Shown here one piece after another: positions 43,063 to 53,800 of a DNA stretch of 64,000 bases (the stretch's first letter is position 1; each line of letters opens with the position of its first letter). A program made the translations under genes and the position numbers. Origin of the DNA: an uncultured Candidatus Poseidoniales archaeon (GTDB taxonomy: Archaea; Thermoplasmatota; Poseidoniia; Poseidoniales; Thalassarchaeaceae); the NCBI GenBank assembly GCA_964576865.1, contig CAZNVK010000002.1, positions 9,692 through 73,691 of the forward strand, given 5' to 3'. Under the pieces are notes generated by a model. The model worked only from the letters and a program-made list of their open reading frames with translations, did not search any database and was not told where the DNA came from.

Positions 43063-44148
43063 ATGACGATGCAGATGCCATCGGTCCCTCTTCCACGCGG
43101 CTCGCTGCAGCCGAAGGAGTACTCAGCCGAAGAAATCGAGGCGGAAGCAATCCGTCTACAGCAAGTCATCCGGCAGGGGAGTCTTTGGGACCTTGAGACC
43201 TGCCGAACAATCGCTCCACTGACGCTTGAAATCAACGAGCTCAAGCGCGCTAATGATGTGTTCTTGATCGCGCATTCCTACCAGACTCCAGACATCGTTT
43301 ACGGGGTCGCCGACGAGGTTTCGGACAGTTATTCCCTCTCCAAGGCCGCACGGGATGCTCTGCAACAGACCATACTTTTCTCCAGTGTTCGATTCATGGC
43401 TGAGACAGCGAAGATCGTCAGCCCGCACAAGACGGTGCTGCATCCATCTCCTGAAGCGGGCTGTTCCCTATCTGACAGCATTACTGCCGTGGATGTGCGC
43501 GAACTGAAGGAGCGCTATCCGGGGGTTCCGGTCGCCTGCTACATCAACACGAGCGCTGAGGTCAAGGCTGAGGTGGATGTGTGCGTGACGAGTTCCAATT
43601 TCTTGGGGATTTGCGAGAAGTTGCCTGGTGACCGGCTGATTTTTGTTCCCGACCGGCTGATGGGTAAGCATCTGACCGAGCATCTAGCCGGTCGGAAAGA
43701 AGTCATCAATTATGATGGCGAGTGCTATGTTCACGCCACTTTCACCGGTGAGAAAATACGCTCGTGGCGTGAGAGATCAGCCTCGCAGGGCATTGAATTA
43801 ACGGTGTTGAGCCATCCCGAGTGCGATGCTGATGTCATCGCCGAGAGCGATGTTGTGGGCAGCAGTGAGAAGTTGATGGAAGAGGCCTTGCGTTTGGGTG
43901 AGGAAGGCAAGCCCGACATCATGCTGATCACCGAGTGCGGCACGGCTGACAGGGTTCGCGCTGAGTCGGATTCTGAGTTGAATCTGATTGGCACCTGTGT
44001 GATGTGCCGCTACATGAAAATGACACAACTCGAGGATATTCTGCAAGCGCTGCGAGAGCCGCGTCCGGACCAAATCATCGAGTTGGACGCGGACATCATC
44101 GAGCGAGCCCAGCGAAGTCTCTCCGAGATGTTCAGGCTCGCTGAGTAA
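43063..44148 (+). CDS. nadA: quinolinate synthase
   Basis: ATG 43063 (TTG 43036). IAHSYQ.., VCYINTSAEVKA.., SHPEC.., ECGTADR; NadA-like throughout. Confidence 0.8.
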   Translation: MTMQMPSVPLPRGSLQPKEYSAEEIEAEAIRLQQVIRQGSLWDLETCRTIAPLTLEINELKRANDVFLIAHSYQTPDIVYGVADEVSDSYSLSKAARDALQQTILFSSVRFMAETAKIVSPHKTVLHPSPEAGCSLSDSITAVDVRELKERYPGVPVACYINTSAEVKAEVDVCVTSSNFLGICEKLPGDRLIFVPDRLMGKHLTEHLAGRKEVINYDGECYVHATFTGEKIRSWRERSASQGIELTVLSHPECDADVIAESDVVGSSEKLMEEALRLGEEGKPDIMLITECGTADRVRAESDSELNLIGTCVMCRYMKMTQLEDILQALREPRPDQIIELDADIIERAQRSLSEMFRLAE

Positions 44149-44176
44149 GCGAATTGAATCCGCGTCGTAACGCGCT

Positions 44177-46324
44177 TCAGATACCGTTCTCATCTTCCCG
44201 GCGGATTGGCCCACGGGCATCCGCCGCGGTCTGGAATGCGTACAGAACCATCAGAGGAATCAGCAGAACGATTGCCGATTGTAGGACGACCGATGAGTAG
44301 GGCTCGAAAGTCTCCTCAAGTGCGTGCATGCGAATCTCGACATTTTCCTCCTCGTTGCTCTCAATCCATGCTACTGTCGATTGCAACACCTGAGGATTCG
44401 ACTGGTCGACATCGTCGTCTATGGTCAATTGTACCGTCCGATTCTCTTCGATATCGTGTAGGAAAACATCGCGAGCGGTCAGCAGGTCTTCGGGTTCTGT
44501 GGTCGGGTCGAAGCGAGGAATCTGCAGGAAGGCAACCCGACCGTTAGCGATACTCGGAGATGAGGCCGGCCAAACTGGGTCTGAGAGCAGCAATTGCGAG
44601 CCGCTTGCTGAGTCGATGAGAATCACGCGGTTAACCGGTCCGACATCGACAACTGCGACAATCCAATGGCCGTCCATCGAAAGTTCGACCACACTCGAAG
44701 ACGAGTAATTCACCTCGATTCCGAAGACGTCTTCGAGGTGCTCGTCAATCAACTCATCCTCATTCCCGTCGATTTCGATTCGCAGGCTGAGTTGAGTAGA
44801 GAGCGAGATGATATCAACAACAGGCCCATCGACAGAGTTCATCGCCGAAGCGATCAGATTGCCAGCCGCGGCAATCGCTGTGAATGATCCAACAGGCGAT
44901 GGTAGATCGTCGATTAGATGGCCGCTCCTATCACGATAGACGATACCCTCCTCATAGACCATAGCTATCACCGGACCACCTGAGGCATCCTCAGCAAGGA
45001 AAACGTCTACAATCCCACTCGATTCCTGATCCGTTGCCTCGCTTGTCCACAAAGAATCGAACCCCTGATCTCCATTCGGATAAGCCCAGAATTGAATCTT
45101 GTACGAATCGAAGAGAACCAATCCTCCTTCCGATGCTGAAATCTGCGGAGCTGAAGTCCATCCGCCCTCGCCGGCTTCAATCGTCGAAATCGCCTGAGAC
45201 TCGCGAGAATCCGAATTCGTCGCGATGACATCATACGACATATCCTCGTTCTCCTGAATGCTCACAAGCCACTCACCAGAACCCGCCGCATCGGTTGGCC
45301 ATTCGACTCCTTCAACCGGGAAATCTTGGTGTGTGGCATCCCACAAGAGAACCGTTGAGGTTCCGAGCAGTATAGCGATAATCGCAGCGGCAGTCTGCGT
45401 GCTCGAAGGCTCTTGAATCGGCTTCAACACCTCCTTGACAGAACGCCATAGAGTCCTAATCCAAGCCTTTGGGTCGTGCAAAATTCGTGCCAGCCGACGC
45501 GTAAACAACCGCTCATCGGCAAAGCGCCAGAACGGCTCGTGAGTCTTTTCAGAGAGTCGAGACGCCAAAGTAGCAACGAGAATCCCTCCGATGATATCCA
45601 CTACCCAGTGAATCCCCAGATACAAAATCGTGAATCCAGTCAACCACATGAATACGACAAGAGCCCCTCGGAACTTCTGCCAACGCCCATCCTCATCCCA
45701 GCGTAAATAGGTCAACCAGACCGCGAACGGCAGACCGATGTGCAGACTAGGCATGCCGTTCGTAAAAGGGTCAATCCGCGTGAACCAATTGTGAATCACC
45801 GGCGTCAAATCGTAGGCGATCGTCTCCATCGCCGGAATGTGATCGCCGGTCACGCGGACGTTGAAAAATAGATAGAACGGAATCGCCAAAACATAGACCC
45901 AGAACATCGAGAGAGATACTCTGTCGGCCATGTGGCGGTCGTCGAAGTAGATGGGGTAGACGAAGGAGGCGAAGGTGGCGGTCATGAATCCCATGACGTA
46001 GAAGTGAGTCAAGCCGATTGACAACCAGTCATTCTGGAAGGCTTCCTGAATCCATAGGACGATATCACCCTCAACAGCGTAAACATACGGGGTCATGTCG
46101 AGCTGTGTATTCGCCATCAAAATTCGATCGAGTTGGTCGAGCAGATCCTTCCACAGATAGACCGAGAAAACCACGATCATGTGAGCCCAGTAACGCCTGA
46201 ACATGTCGACGAAAGCCTGGATGCGAATCTTCGCCCAAGGCGGCTTCATCAGCGGCATCAGGGCGACCGAGAGCAGAATCGCTCCCATCAGCCAAGAGAT
46301 GTAGATGCCCGAGCCGACTGCCAT
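44177..46324 (-). CDS. fusion of PAP2-superfamily (Aur1/IPC-synthase-like) membrane domain and extracytoplasmic beta-propeller-like domain with C-terminal TM
   Basis: The N-terminal 6 to 7 TMs carry MPSLH and IHWVVDIIGG (PSxH / HxxxD). The C-terminal ~420 aa are beta-rich and end in LLIPLMVLYAF. Confidence 0.55.
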   Translation of the reverse strand: MAVGSGIYISWLMGAILLSVALMPLMKPPWAKIRIQAFVDMFRRYWAHMIVVFSVYLWKDLLDQLDRILMANTQLDMTPYVYAVEGDIVLWIQEAFQNDWLSIGLTHFYVMGFMTATFASFVYPIYFDDRHMADRVSLSMFWVYVLAIPFYLFFNVRVTGDHIPAMETIAYDLTPVIHNWFTRIDPFTNGMPSLHIGLPFAVWLTYLRWDEDGRWQKFRGALVVFMWLTGFTILYLGIHWVVDIIGGILVATLASRLSEKTHEPFWRFADERLFTRRLARILHDPKAWIRTLWRSVKEVLKPIQEPSSTQTAAAIIAILLGTSTVLLWDATHQDFPVEGVEWPTDAAGSGEWLVSIQENEDMSYDVIATNSDSRESQAISTIEAGEGGWTSAPQISASEGGLVLFDSYKIQFWAYPNGDQGFDSLWTSEATDQESSGIVDVFLAEDASGGPVIAMVYEEGIVYRDRSGHLIDDLPSPVGSFTAIAAAGNLIASAMNSVDGPVVDIISLSTQLSLRIEIDGNEDELIDEHLEDVFGIEVNYSSSSVVELSMDGHWIVAVVDVGPVNRVILIDSASGSQLLLSDPVWPASSPSIANGRVAFLQIPRFDPTTEPEDLLTARDVFLHDIEENRTVQLTIDDDVDQSNPQVLQSTVAWIESNEEENVEIRMHALEETFEPYSSVVLQSAIVLLIPLMVLYAFQTAADARGPIRREDENGI

Positions 46325-46477
46325 GCTGTGCCCTGCTCCCCTGTCTTACCGGGGTTGACTGTGCGTCAAGAATGCAACCCCGCTGGATTTGGGGGTGGTT
46401 TCGATAAGGTTGGGAGTGCTGGTTGGCGGGAAATTGTCCGAATCTGTAAGATTCGGACGTTTGGCAGTTGAGGACTC

Positions 46478-47521
46478 TCAGGAGATTCGGACGGACGGGC
46501 TGCTGCTGCCGTCGAGTTCCGCGAGGACGTTGGTGACTACCGCGTCGAAGGCGGCTGCTGTTGGCCCGTCAGGTTCGGCGATGATGCGGTGAACACCGTC
46601 ATCGCCGCCGCGCACGATTCCTGGGTCGAATGGGAGTGCGCCGAGGAATGGAACTTCGAGTTCGGTGGCGGCGGCTGCGCCGCCGCCGGACTTGAAGACG
46701 TCGAGGGTCAGAGACCATGCTCCGTCGGAGTCGGTCTGCGCTTCAAGCGGGGTTCCGGTTGGACCGATGACGCTGACCGTCGTGTTGGGTTCTGCAGAGC
46801 CACGGATGGTGTATCCGCTCATGTTCTCGACGACGCCAAGGCAGGGCAGCGAGATGGTCTTGGCGAAGTTGATCGACTTGCGGGAGTCGAGCAAAGCAAC
46901 GTCTTGCGGAGTGGTGACGATAACCACACCGTCGATTCCGGGAAGCGCTTGAGAGACGGTGAGCGGCTCGTCGCTTGTGCCCGGCGGGAAGTCGATGATG
47001 AGGGCGTCGAGTTCGCCCCAAGCGACGTCACCGATGAATTGCTGGATTGCACCGAGTTTGATCGGACCGCGCCAGATGACCGGCTTGTCTGGATCTTCGA
47101 TTAGGAAAGCCATCGAGATGACCTTCAATCCGTGCGGACCAATCGCTGGGAAAATCTGCCCGTCTTCGACGTGCAAGTCGGCATCTTCGATGCCGAGCAT
47201 CTTGGGTACATTCGGGCCTGTGATATCGATGTCCATCAGGCCGACTTTCTTGCCTTGTCGAGCGAGGGAAAGAGCGAGACCGACCGAAACGGTTGACTTG
47301 CCCACACCGCCCTTTCCGGAGAGAACCATCACCTTGTGCTTGATCTCCTCGTCGAGTTGTGTCATGCGCATCTTGCGGCGCATCTGCGCGTAGGCCTGCT
47401 CCATCTGCGCCTTCTGCTCGGGAGATGCCGGTGCCTCTGCTGGTGCACCCTGTGGCTGGGGCTGGTCCTCAGCCATCGGCAAGCCGCCGCCCGGGTGGTG
47501 GGAGATAGGTGAGTCTGACAT
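46478..47521 (-). CDS. Mrp/NBP35 (ApbC) family Fe-S cluster carrier ATPase
   Basis: ORF trimmed to ATG 47521 because the upstream codons translate the hairpin repeat (alternative ATG 47476). VLSGKGGVGKST. About 40 aa (YTIRGSAEPNTTVSVIGPTG..SLTLD) are inserted near the C-terminus. Confidence 0.8.
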   Translation of the reverse strand: MSDSPISHHPGGGLPMAEDQPQPQGAPAEAPASPEQKAQMEQAYAQMRRKMRMTQLDEEIKHKVMVLSGKGGVGKSTVSVGLALSLARQGKKVGLMDIDITGPNVPKMLGIEDADLHVEDGQIFPAIGPHGLKVISMAFLIEDPDKPVIWRGPIKLGAIQQFIGDVAWGELDALIIDFPPGTSDEPLTVSQALPGIDGVVIVTTPQDVALLDSRKSINFAKTISLPCLGVVENMSGYTIRGSAEPNTTVSVIGPTGTPLEAQTDSDGAWSLTLDVFKSGGGAAAATELEVPFLGALPFDPGIVRGGDDGVHRIIAEPDGPTAAAFDAVVTNVLAELDGSSSPSVRIS

Positions 47522-47574
47522 CGATTTACGAGGCGCGGTGAGGCCTACTTCAAGCCTGCGTGGGAGAATGTGTG

Positions 47575-47644
47575 CCTCCCACAACGCTCGCAACGCTCGC
47601 CACGAAGAAAGGCCCGTTGTGTGCTTGGTGTTCGTTGTGGGAGG
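47575..47644 (+). repeat. hairpin repeat family copy (short-loop form)
   Basis: CCTCCCACAACGCTCGCAACGCTCGCCACGAAG-AAAGG-CCCGTTGTGTGCTTGGTGTTCGTTGTGGGAGG lies in the divergent gap between the Mrp gene and the arsC-like gene. Confidence 0.8.
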
Positions 47645-47735
47645 AAAAACAAGAGACGTCATGGACGAGAGTCAGCCCTTTGGGCTGTCTCTAGATGGTG
47701 CTTGGTTCAAGTAGGCTGGCTGCCCATAGCCGGTC

Positions 47736-48113
47736 ATGCGACTCTTCTTCGTCTGCGTCGGGAATACCTGCCGCAGCCAAATGGCCGAGGCCTTGGCTCG
47801 CCACCTCGGCCACGAAGCGGCCTCGGCTGGAACCCATCCGGGAGGCTCTGTCGCGGCGAATTCCATCGCCGTTCTCGAAGAGATTGGCGTGTCGACCGAG
47901 GGTTTGACTCCTAAGTCGATCGACGAGGTTCGCGCAGAGGGTTGGGACATGATTATCAGCATGGGTTGTGGAGTTCATTGTCCAGCTCTGCCCATCGCTG
48001 AGGATTGGGGTTTGGACGACCCGGTCGGCGGGCCAATCGAAGTCTACCGAGAGACTCGCGATGTCATCATCGCCAACCTCGAGAGACTCGCTGCTGAACA
48101 GACCGACGCTTAG
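47736..48113 (+). CDS. low-molecular-weight phosphatase family protein / ArsC-type arsenate reductase
   Basis: CX5R loop FVCVGNTCRSQMAE. A second Cys pair lies in MGCGVHCP. Confidence 0.7.
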   Translation: MRLFFVCVGNTCRSQMAEALARHLGHEAASAGTHPGGSVAANSIAVLEEIGVSTEGLTPKSIDEVRAEGWDMIISMGCGVHCPALPIAEDWGLDDPVGGPIEVYRETRDVIIANLERLAAEQTDA

Positions 48114-48142
48114 AAAAAGGCGGCGAGGTTGGCGTGGCCCAC

Positions 48143-48217
48143 TGCGAGCGTAGTGTAGCGGTTATCACCGAGCGTTGCCAACGCTTGAACCCGGGTTCAA
48201 ATCCCGGCGCTCGCACC
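48143..48217 (+). tRNA. tRNA-Gly(GCC), CCA encoded
   Basis: Hand-folded. Acceptor GCGAGCG/CGCTCGC, anticodon arm GAGCG-TTGCCAA-CGCTT, T arm CCGGG-TTCAAAT-CCCGG, discriminator A, then CCA. A TTAGAAAAAGG box lies about 30 nt upstream. Confidence 0.85.
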
Positions 48218-48411
48218 AAATCTTCAATCGATTTGAGTCCGATTTGGTGCGACCGCTGGCTGTTCAGACATGCTGATGCTGCGCATCTGCCCACATCGGT
48301 TCCAACAAGTCTGAACATCCCTGCGCTCGTCCTCAAACATGCATTCACTGGGCATCTGGCCAATTCGATTCAACCTAGTTTGAGGACCCGGCACTCGTGA
48401 TTGAAATTGAA

Positions 48412-50781
48412 TCAACGGCGGCGGTACTGGTCGATTTGTTCATCGGTCCAGCCGGCCTCTCGAAGTTGGTCATCGGTGAACATAGCGATGGGACTTGGTG
48501 GCTCGAAATGGTGCGAATGATCCTGCGCCCATTGGCCTGAGTTTTCCTTCTTGGGCTGCGCTCTTGTCAGCAGGAAAGCACCGCCGCCGAGGAGTCCCAG
48601 TAGGAGTATGATTACGAAGACGCTTAGGGCCATATCACCAGTCGTTTGCCACAGCGCGAAGTTAGGGTAAACGTCGGCATTGTCGCCGACGCCATCTCCG
48701 TCGGAATCGGCCCATTCATTCGGGTCGAGAGGGAATTCATCGAAGCCGTCCGCCCACCCATCATCGTCGGTGTCACGCTTCAGAGGATTCGTCCCAGCGG
48801 CGAACTCGGCTAGGTCGCTCAGACCGTCGCCGTCATCGTCGGCATCTGCATTATTGCCGATGCCGTCCCCATCGGAATCGGTGTCCTCATTCGGGTCATC
48901 TGGGAAGGCATCCTCGTCATTGATGACCCCGTCTCCATCCTTGTCAGGATCCATGTCATCACAGATACCATCACCATCGAAATCGGATGGTGTGATCGAG
49001 GCGTCGTCAGCGTCTCCGTCACAAGTTTCCTCAGCTAAATCTGACCAACCGTCACCATCGTCGTCAGTATCCGCATTATCGCCGATTCCATCGCCATCGG
49101 TATCGAACCACTCGCTGGAATCGCGCGGGAAGGCGTCGACGCTATCGGACCACTTGTCGCCATCGTCATCGGTGTCGACAGCGTCGCACAGCGAGTCGCC
49201 ATCGAGGTCCTCGGGTTGACTCGCTGCATCCAGAGGATCAGTCCCACATTCGCCTTCTTTCTGGTCGACCCAGCCGTCGTCATCGTCGTCTGGGTCGCCA
49301 TTATTGCCGATGCCATCCCCATCGGAATCGACCCACTCCTGCTCATCGAGAGGGAAGGCATCGACTTCATCCAGCCATCCATCATTGTCATCATCCGTAT
49401 CCTTGGCATCGCATTCGGAGTCCCTATCGGTATCGAGAGGTTGTGAGAAGCCAGTCATGTGGTCAGAGCCGCACTCCTGCTCGTAGACATCGGAGAAGCC
49501 ATCGTTATCGTCGTCGAGGTCAGCATTGTCGCCAATCGAGTCCTCATCGTTGTCATTCCACTCGCTCGCGTCGCGCGGGAAGTCGTCGATGACATCGTTC
49601 CAACCATCGTTATCATCGTCTTGATCGAGACCATCGCACTCACCATCACCATCGAAGTCAGAGGGATAGGAATTCGCGTCGAATTGGTCCGTCACACAGG
49701 TCCACTCGTCATCGTCGGACCAGCCGTCGTTATCGTCGTCTGGGTCAGCGTTATCGCCGATGCCATCCCCATCGAAATCACTGCACTCCGATGGGTCGTC
49801 CGGGAATTCATCCTCCTCATCCGGACAACCATCTCCATCGGCATCTGGCACACCACCGCCCTGTGAACTCCACATCGTCATCGGAACAAGGTCGGTGGCA
49901 TTCTGAGCATCATAGTAGAATCCAGCCATGCCGCCCCACTCGGTGTAGAGTTGGACTGCGAGTAGCTCATTTTGACCATCTGTGACATTGCGGACCTCTA
50001 CCTGCAGAACCGACAAGGTGGTCGGACCGCTGGTCGAGGAGGAATCAGCCTGATTGTAACCGTCAAACTCCAGCGACAATTCTTGGATCCCCTCGAATGA
50101 GATGTTCTCAAACCAGTGATCAGAGCCTGAACCCTCTTCCCGACTACCGTTATCCTTGAGGTCGACCCAAGTGTAATCCTCCCAATTCTCCGATGACTCA
50201 GTGAATTGGGTCCCAACCGTCATCGAACTAGAGGCACCGGTCTCCCACCACTCACTGGTTTCGTTTCTCCAGAACCGTCCCTCATCGTCATCTCCCCAAG
50301 TTCCCATATCGATGTAGTAATCCTCGAAGTAGCGGTAATCCATCTCCCGCCAATCTCCCCCTATTGCTCGCCGGAGTTCCATGTCCTCGGTGAAATCGTT
50401 CTCAATCGAGATACCATAAGCGTCCGCGTAGGCTGTGAAATGCATTCCATAGCGGAACTCTCGGACGTGGCATTGCCCGCTGAAATCTCCGATAGTGCAG
50501 GCCTCGTCCGCCTGATACCAGTAACCTGTGTCGCTGCGAACAGAGTGAATCACCACGCGATTCCAGAAGCCACCACTCTCCAATTCCTCCTTGAAAAATT
50601 GCGACCATTGCTGAGCGTCGAGTTTCGAGTAATCGCCGTCGACGTGTGGCCAAGTCAGGTCGACTGTGATGCTTCGCGGCTGGTTCGTTGCCTCGCCATC
50701 TGCTGGCGCGGCAGCGATTATTGGGCTGGCGAGCGCGGTCAACATGAGGGCGGCGAAGAGGGCTGCGCTGCTTCTGTTCAC
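48412..50781 (-). CDS. surface protein with more than 10 thrombospondin-type-3-like Ca-binding repeats and C-terminal TM anchor
   Basis: GTG start and signal peptide. Repeated DSDGDGIGDNADxDDDNDGWSD units. C-terminal LSVFVIILLLGLLGGGAFLL plus a cytoplasmic tail. Confidence 0.75.
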   Translation of the reverse strand: MNRSSAALFAALMLTALASPIIAAAPADGEATNQPRSITVDLTWPHVDGDYSKLDAQQWSQFFKEELESGGFWNRVVIHSVRSDTGYWYQADEACTIGDFSGQCHVREFRYGMHFTAYADAYGISIENDFTEDMELRRAIGGDWREMDYRYFEDYYIDMGTWGDDDEGRFWRNETSEWWETGASSSMTVGTQFTESSENWEDYTWVDLKDNGSREEGSGSDHWFENISFEGIQELSLEFDGYNQADSSSTSGPTTLSVLQVEVRNVTDGQNELLAVQLYTEWGGMAGFYYDAQNATDLVPMTMWSSQGGGVPDADGDGCPDEEDEFPDDPSECSDFDGDGIGDNADPDDDNDGWSDDDEWTCVTDQFDANSYPSDFDGDGECDGLDQDDDNDGWNDVIDDFPRDASEWNDNDEDSIGDNADLDDDNDGFSDVYEQECGSDHMTGFSQPLDTDRDSECDAKDTDDDNDGWLDEVDAFPLDEQEWVDSDGDGIGNNGDPDDDDDGWVDQKEGECGTDPLDAASQPEDLDGDSLCDAVDTDDDGDKWSDSVDAFPRDSSEWFDTDGDGIGDNADTDDDGDGWSDLAEETCDGDADDASITPSDFDGDGICDDMDPDKDGDGVINDEDAFPDDPNEDTDSDGDGIGNNADADDDGDGLSDLAEFAAGTNPLKRDTDDDGWADGFDEFPLDPNEWADSDGDGVGDNADVYPNFALWQTTGDMALSVFVIILLLGLLGGGAFLLTRAQPKKENSGQWAQDHSHHFEPPSPIAMFTDDQLREAGWTDEQIDQYRRR

Positions 50782-50842
50782 GCTGGCTCAGCGACGGCCG
50801 TGTGCTAAGGAGATTCTGCCGTCACGATGCGCTGGCGCATCG

Positions 50843-53800
50843 TCATTCGAGATCTGCATTTCGCAGCGTCAGAACCACCGCGGTTGCTGCGAGCGCAAGT
50901 AGGATTAGCAGCGCGAAGAGGATGAGAGAAGTGGCATTGTCTGCGAGCCAACTGGAGCCGCTGCCGCCCTCGTCCTGCTCATCGATGAGTTCGACCGAGT
51001 GAATCTGTTCTCCTTCGGGCGTCATCGCCTGGTAGATATCCGAGGCGCGCACGAGGAAGTTCATTTCTCCCGAGGTCAAGGTCGCTCGCACACCTATCGT
51101 GGTAGTGAAGACGCCATCTCCTGCAACTCGGTCCCCATCCTCGCCCTCATCGTTGAGCAATAGCCAAGACTCCGATTGGCCGATCGGCGCGAGTCTGCCC
51201 ATCTTGACCTGCGCCGATGATACACCATCAGGATCATCGATGACCGCCTCGATGGTGTATGTCTTCTGTCCGGATTTTGGGATCTCGACGAATTGAGTCC
51301 ATTCTCCCTCGTCGTGGAATGAAACATTGTGAACCGCCGGTGCCTCGTTGAGAACCTCGATTACGGCACCGGCATCGATTAGTGCACTGGCCCCATCCTC
51401 ATCAGCGACTTGCACAGGGATAGTGCGCTGTCCGGGCGCCAAGGAATCGGGCAGTACGAACTGCCCAACCCAGCGCCCGCTCTCATCATCGAGTGCCAGA
51501 GGGACCAATTCCCCACCCGCACTCAACAGACTGATGGCCACCGAAGCCACGCCATGGCCATCCTCAACGCGCAGACTCGCCTCGATTGTATCCCCGCGAT
51601 ATGCGAAGTCGGGCGAGTACTCGCGCGAAATAATCCGCGGCGCAGCATTAGTCACCTCAAGCGCCGCCGTAACCTCAACATCAGTCCACAAATCATCCAT
51701 CTTCACAGGAACGTCGGCGAGACCGTGCTCGAGCCCATCGTGCACGATCCTCGCCGTCCAAACGGAATCGTGAATCACCGCATCCCCGTTCAACCCCGCA
51801 TCCGACAAAGTCACGATTCCAAGCCCAAATTCAGTCAAATCGACCGCGACGCCGACAACATCCGTATCCACGTCGTCGACGGTCGCCTCGAGGTGCGCGA
51901 CCCCACCCTCAGTGAACAGCGCACCCTCGCGGAACCAAAGACTCAGCAAAGCAGGAGGTGTGTTGCCCGCGGAAGTGATGACCGAGGGATAGAGGACGCG
52001 TTGGAGCGTTTGGTGTTCGACGACCGTGACCAATTGGGAGCCATTTTCGCCTTCGAGGGGAAGCCCAAATTCGATTTCACGATGAACTTCATGCAGCAAT
52101 CCCGCGAGGATTCCCTCATTGATTACCGAACCGTATGCAGTGAAATTCTCGCGCTCGAACGTGTCAATCCAGTCGGCCAACTCGACCTCGTGTCCGTCGG
52201 CCATTCCCATGCGGATTCCAGTGATTTTGACCACCGGTCCATTTTCGCTAATCGAAAAGGTATCGCCGATTCGTAACTCATCGGGAACGACACCAACTTC
52301 TCGGAAGCCTGAGACGTTCATGTCGCCATCGTAACTCGGTCGGTCAGGTTCACGCTGAATGGGGGACCTCTCCGGGTACTCGTTGGTATTGTTTCCATCG
52401 TCTTCGACGTAGAGGTAGCGGATGGTTCGGTTCTCCCAGTCTGTCTGGGGAACCGTGTACTCGAATGTGAGATTGTGTTCGGCTTCAATCTCTTGGCTTA
52501 TCGGGCCGATCGGCGTACCTGAGATGTTGAACCAGAATTCGTTTCGCATTACGTCGACTTCGAATTTCTCGCCGGTTGCATTTTCTTGCACCTTCGATTC
52601 CTCGATCCAGCGAACCATTCCGAATGAGCCGCTGGCGTCTCCGGAATAATCGCCGTCGACGATGATTCTGTTTTGGACTACCTCGCCGCCGAGTGTCTCG
52701 ATGTGCAGGTCGGGAATTGTGCCGTTGACCTGCACCTGCCATTGGCTATCTTGGACTAGGAAGCCGAACTCGCCTTCGCCCTTGATTTTCAGCGATTGGT
52801 CCGTGCGCACTCCGTCGAGCCATTTCTCGCGCATGCGAAATTCGTCGAGTTCGAAGGTGAATGATTCCTGAGGCGATTGCATTCGAATGCTCATGTTGGC
52901 TTCGATTTGAGTGTCAGAGAGGCGGCGAACGCCGTCTTCATCCCAGGTCTCCAAGTAGAAGACGGAGAGTTCGCCGAAAGCGCCTCCACTGCTATTGTTC
53001 GAGCCACCATTGTACGACATCTGGCCGGTGGCTTCGAGTACGAGACGCTCTGTTAGTACGCCATTTTCCCAATCGCGAAGCAGGTAGGCTTGGTGGACGT
53101 TGGCTTCGATGTCAACATTCTCACCGTCGGCTCCTCGTTGGAAGATGAGCGCGCCAGAGCCGCGCATTTCGAAGATCTGGCGCGTGATTTCAGTTCCTTC
53201 GTAGGTCTCGTTCATCCACATCCGGTCGAGTTCGAGGTGGAGGTAGACGTGGTCAGTGCCGGTATCGGCATCGAGCACGAGGGTGCCATTTCCGAGCTCG
53301 GAGGAGGTGAGGGTCTCACCCATTCGCTTCTGCCAGCCGCGGCCCTCGAAGTGTAGGCTGGAGCCACCTGTGCCGTCGTTTTCGAGCGACCACGTGGTCT
53401 CTCGAGTGATCTCGTGGTCGGCCGTCGGCTGGTTCCACATGGTCATCTCCAGCGAGCGTGAGCAGGTCGCCTCCGCTGTTCTCACCTCGACGTAGACCTC
53501 ATCGAGGAATTCCGGCGCATCGGGGAGGATTAGATCAATCTCACCACCCGCCACGTGGTACGACGCATTTGCCTCGGTGGCGATCACGCTACCTTCGCGT
53601 ATGTGTTGCACATCGATGGTCACGGCGCTAGGCGATGTCCCATTGTCGAACTCGGGTTCGAAGGTGACCTTGTAGCGATGGAGGAAATTATTCATCCATA
53701 CATCCCAATCAGAATATCCATCGCGATAATCGACGAGTATCTCACAGGTGCGTTCCGGCTCTCCCTCATCCGCGATGGCAAAGCCGCTCATCGGAGCCAG

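Noticed and set aside
48143-48411. An integrated element at tRNA-Gly (genomic-island att site)
   Set aside because: There is no integrase gene, and I found no direct repeat of the tRNA 3' end downstream. The only repeat is inverted and lies within 40 nt.
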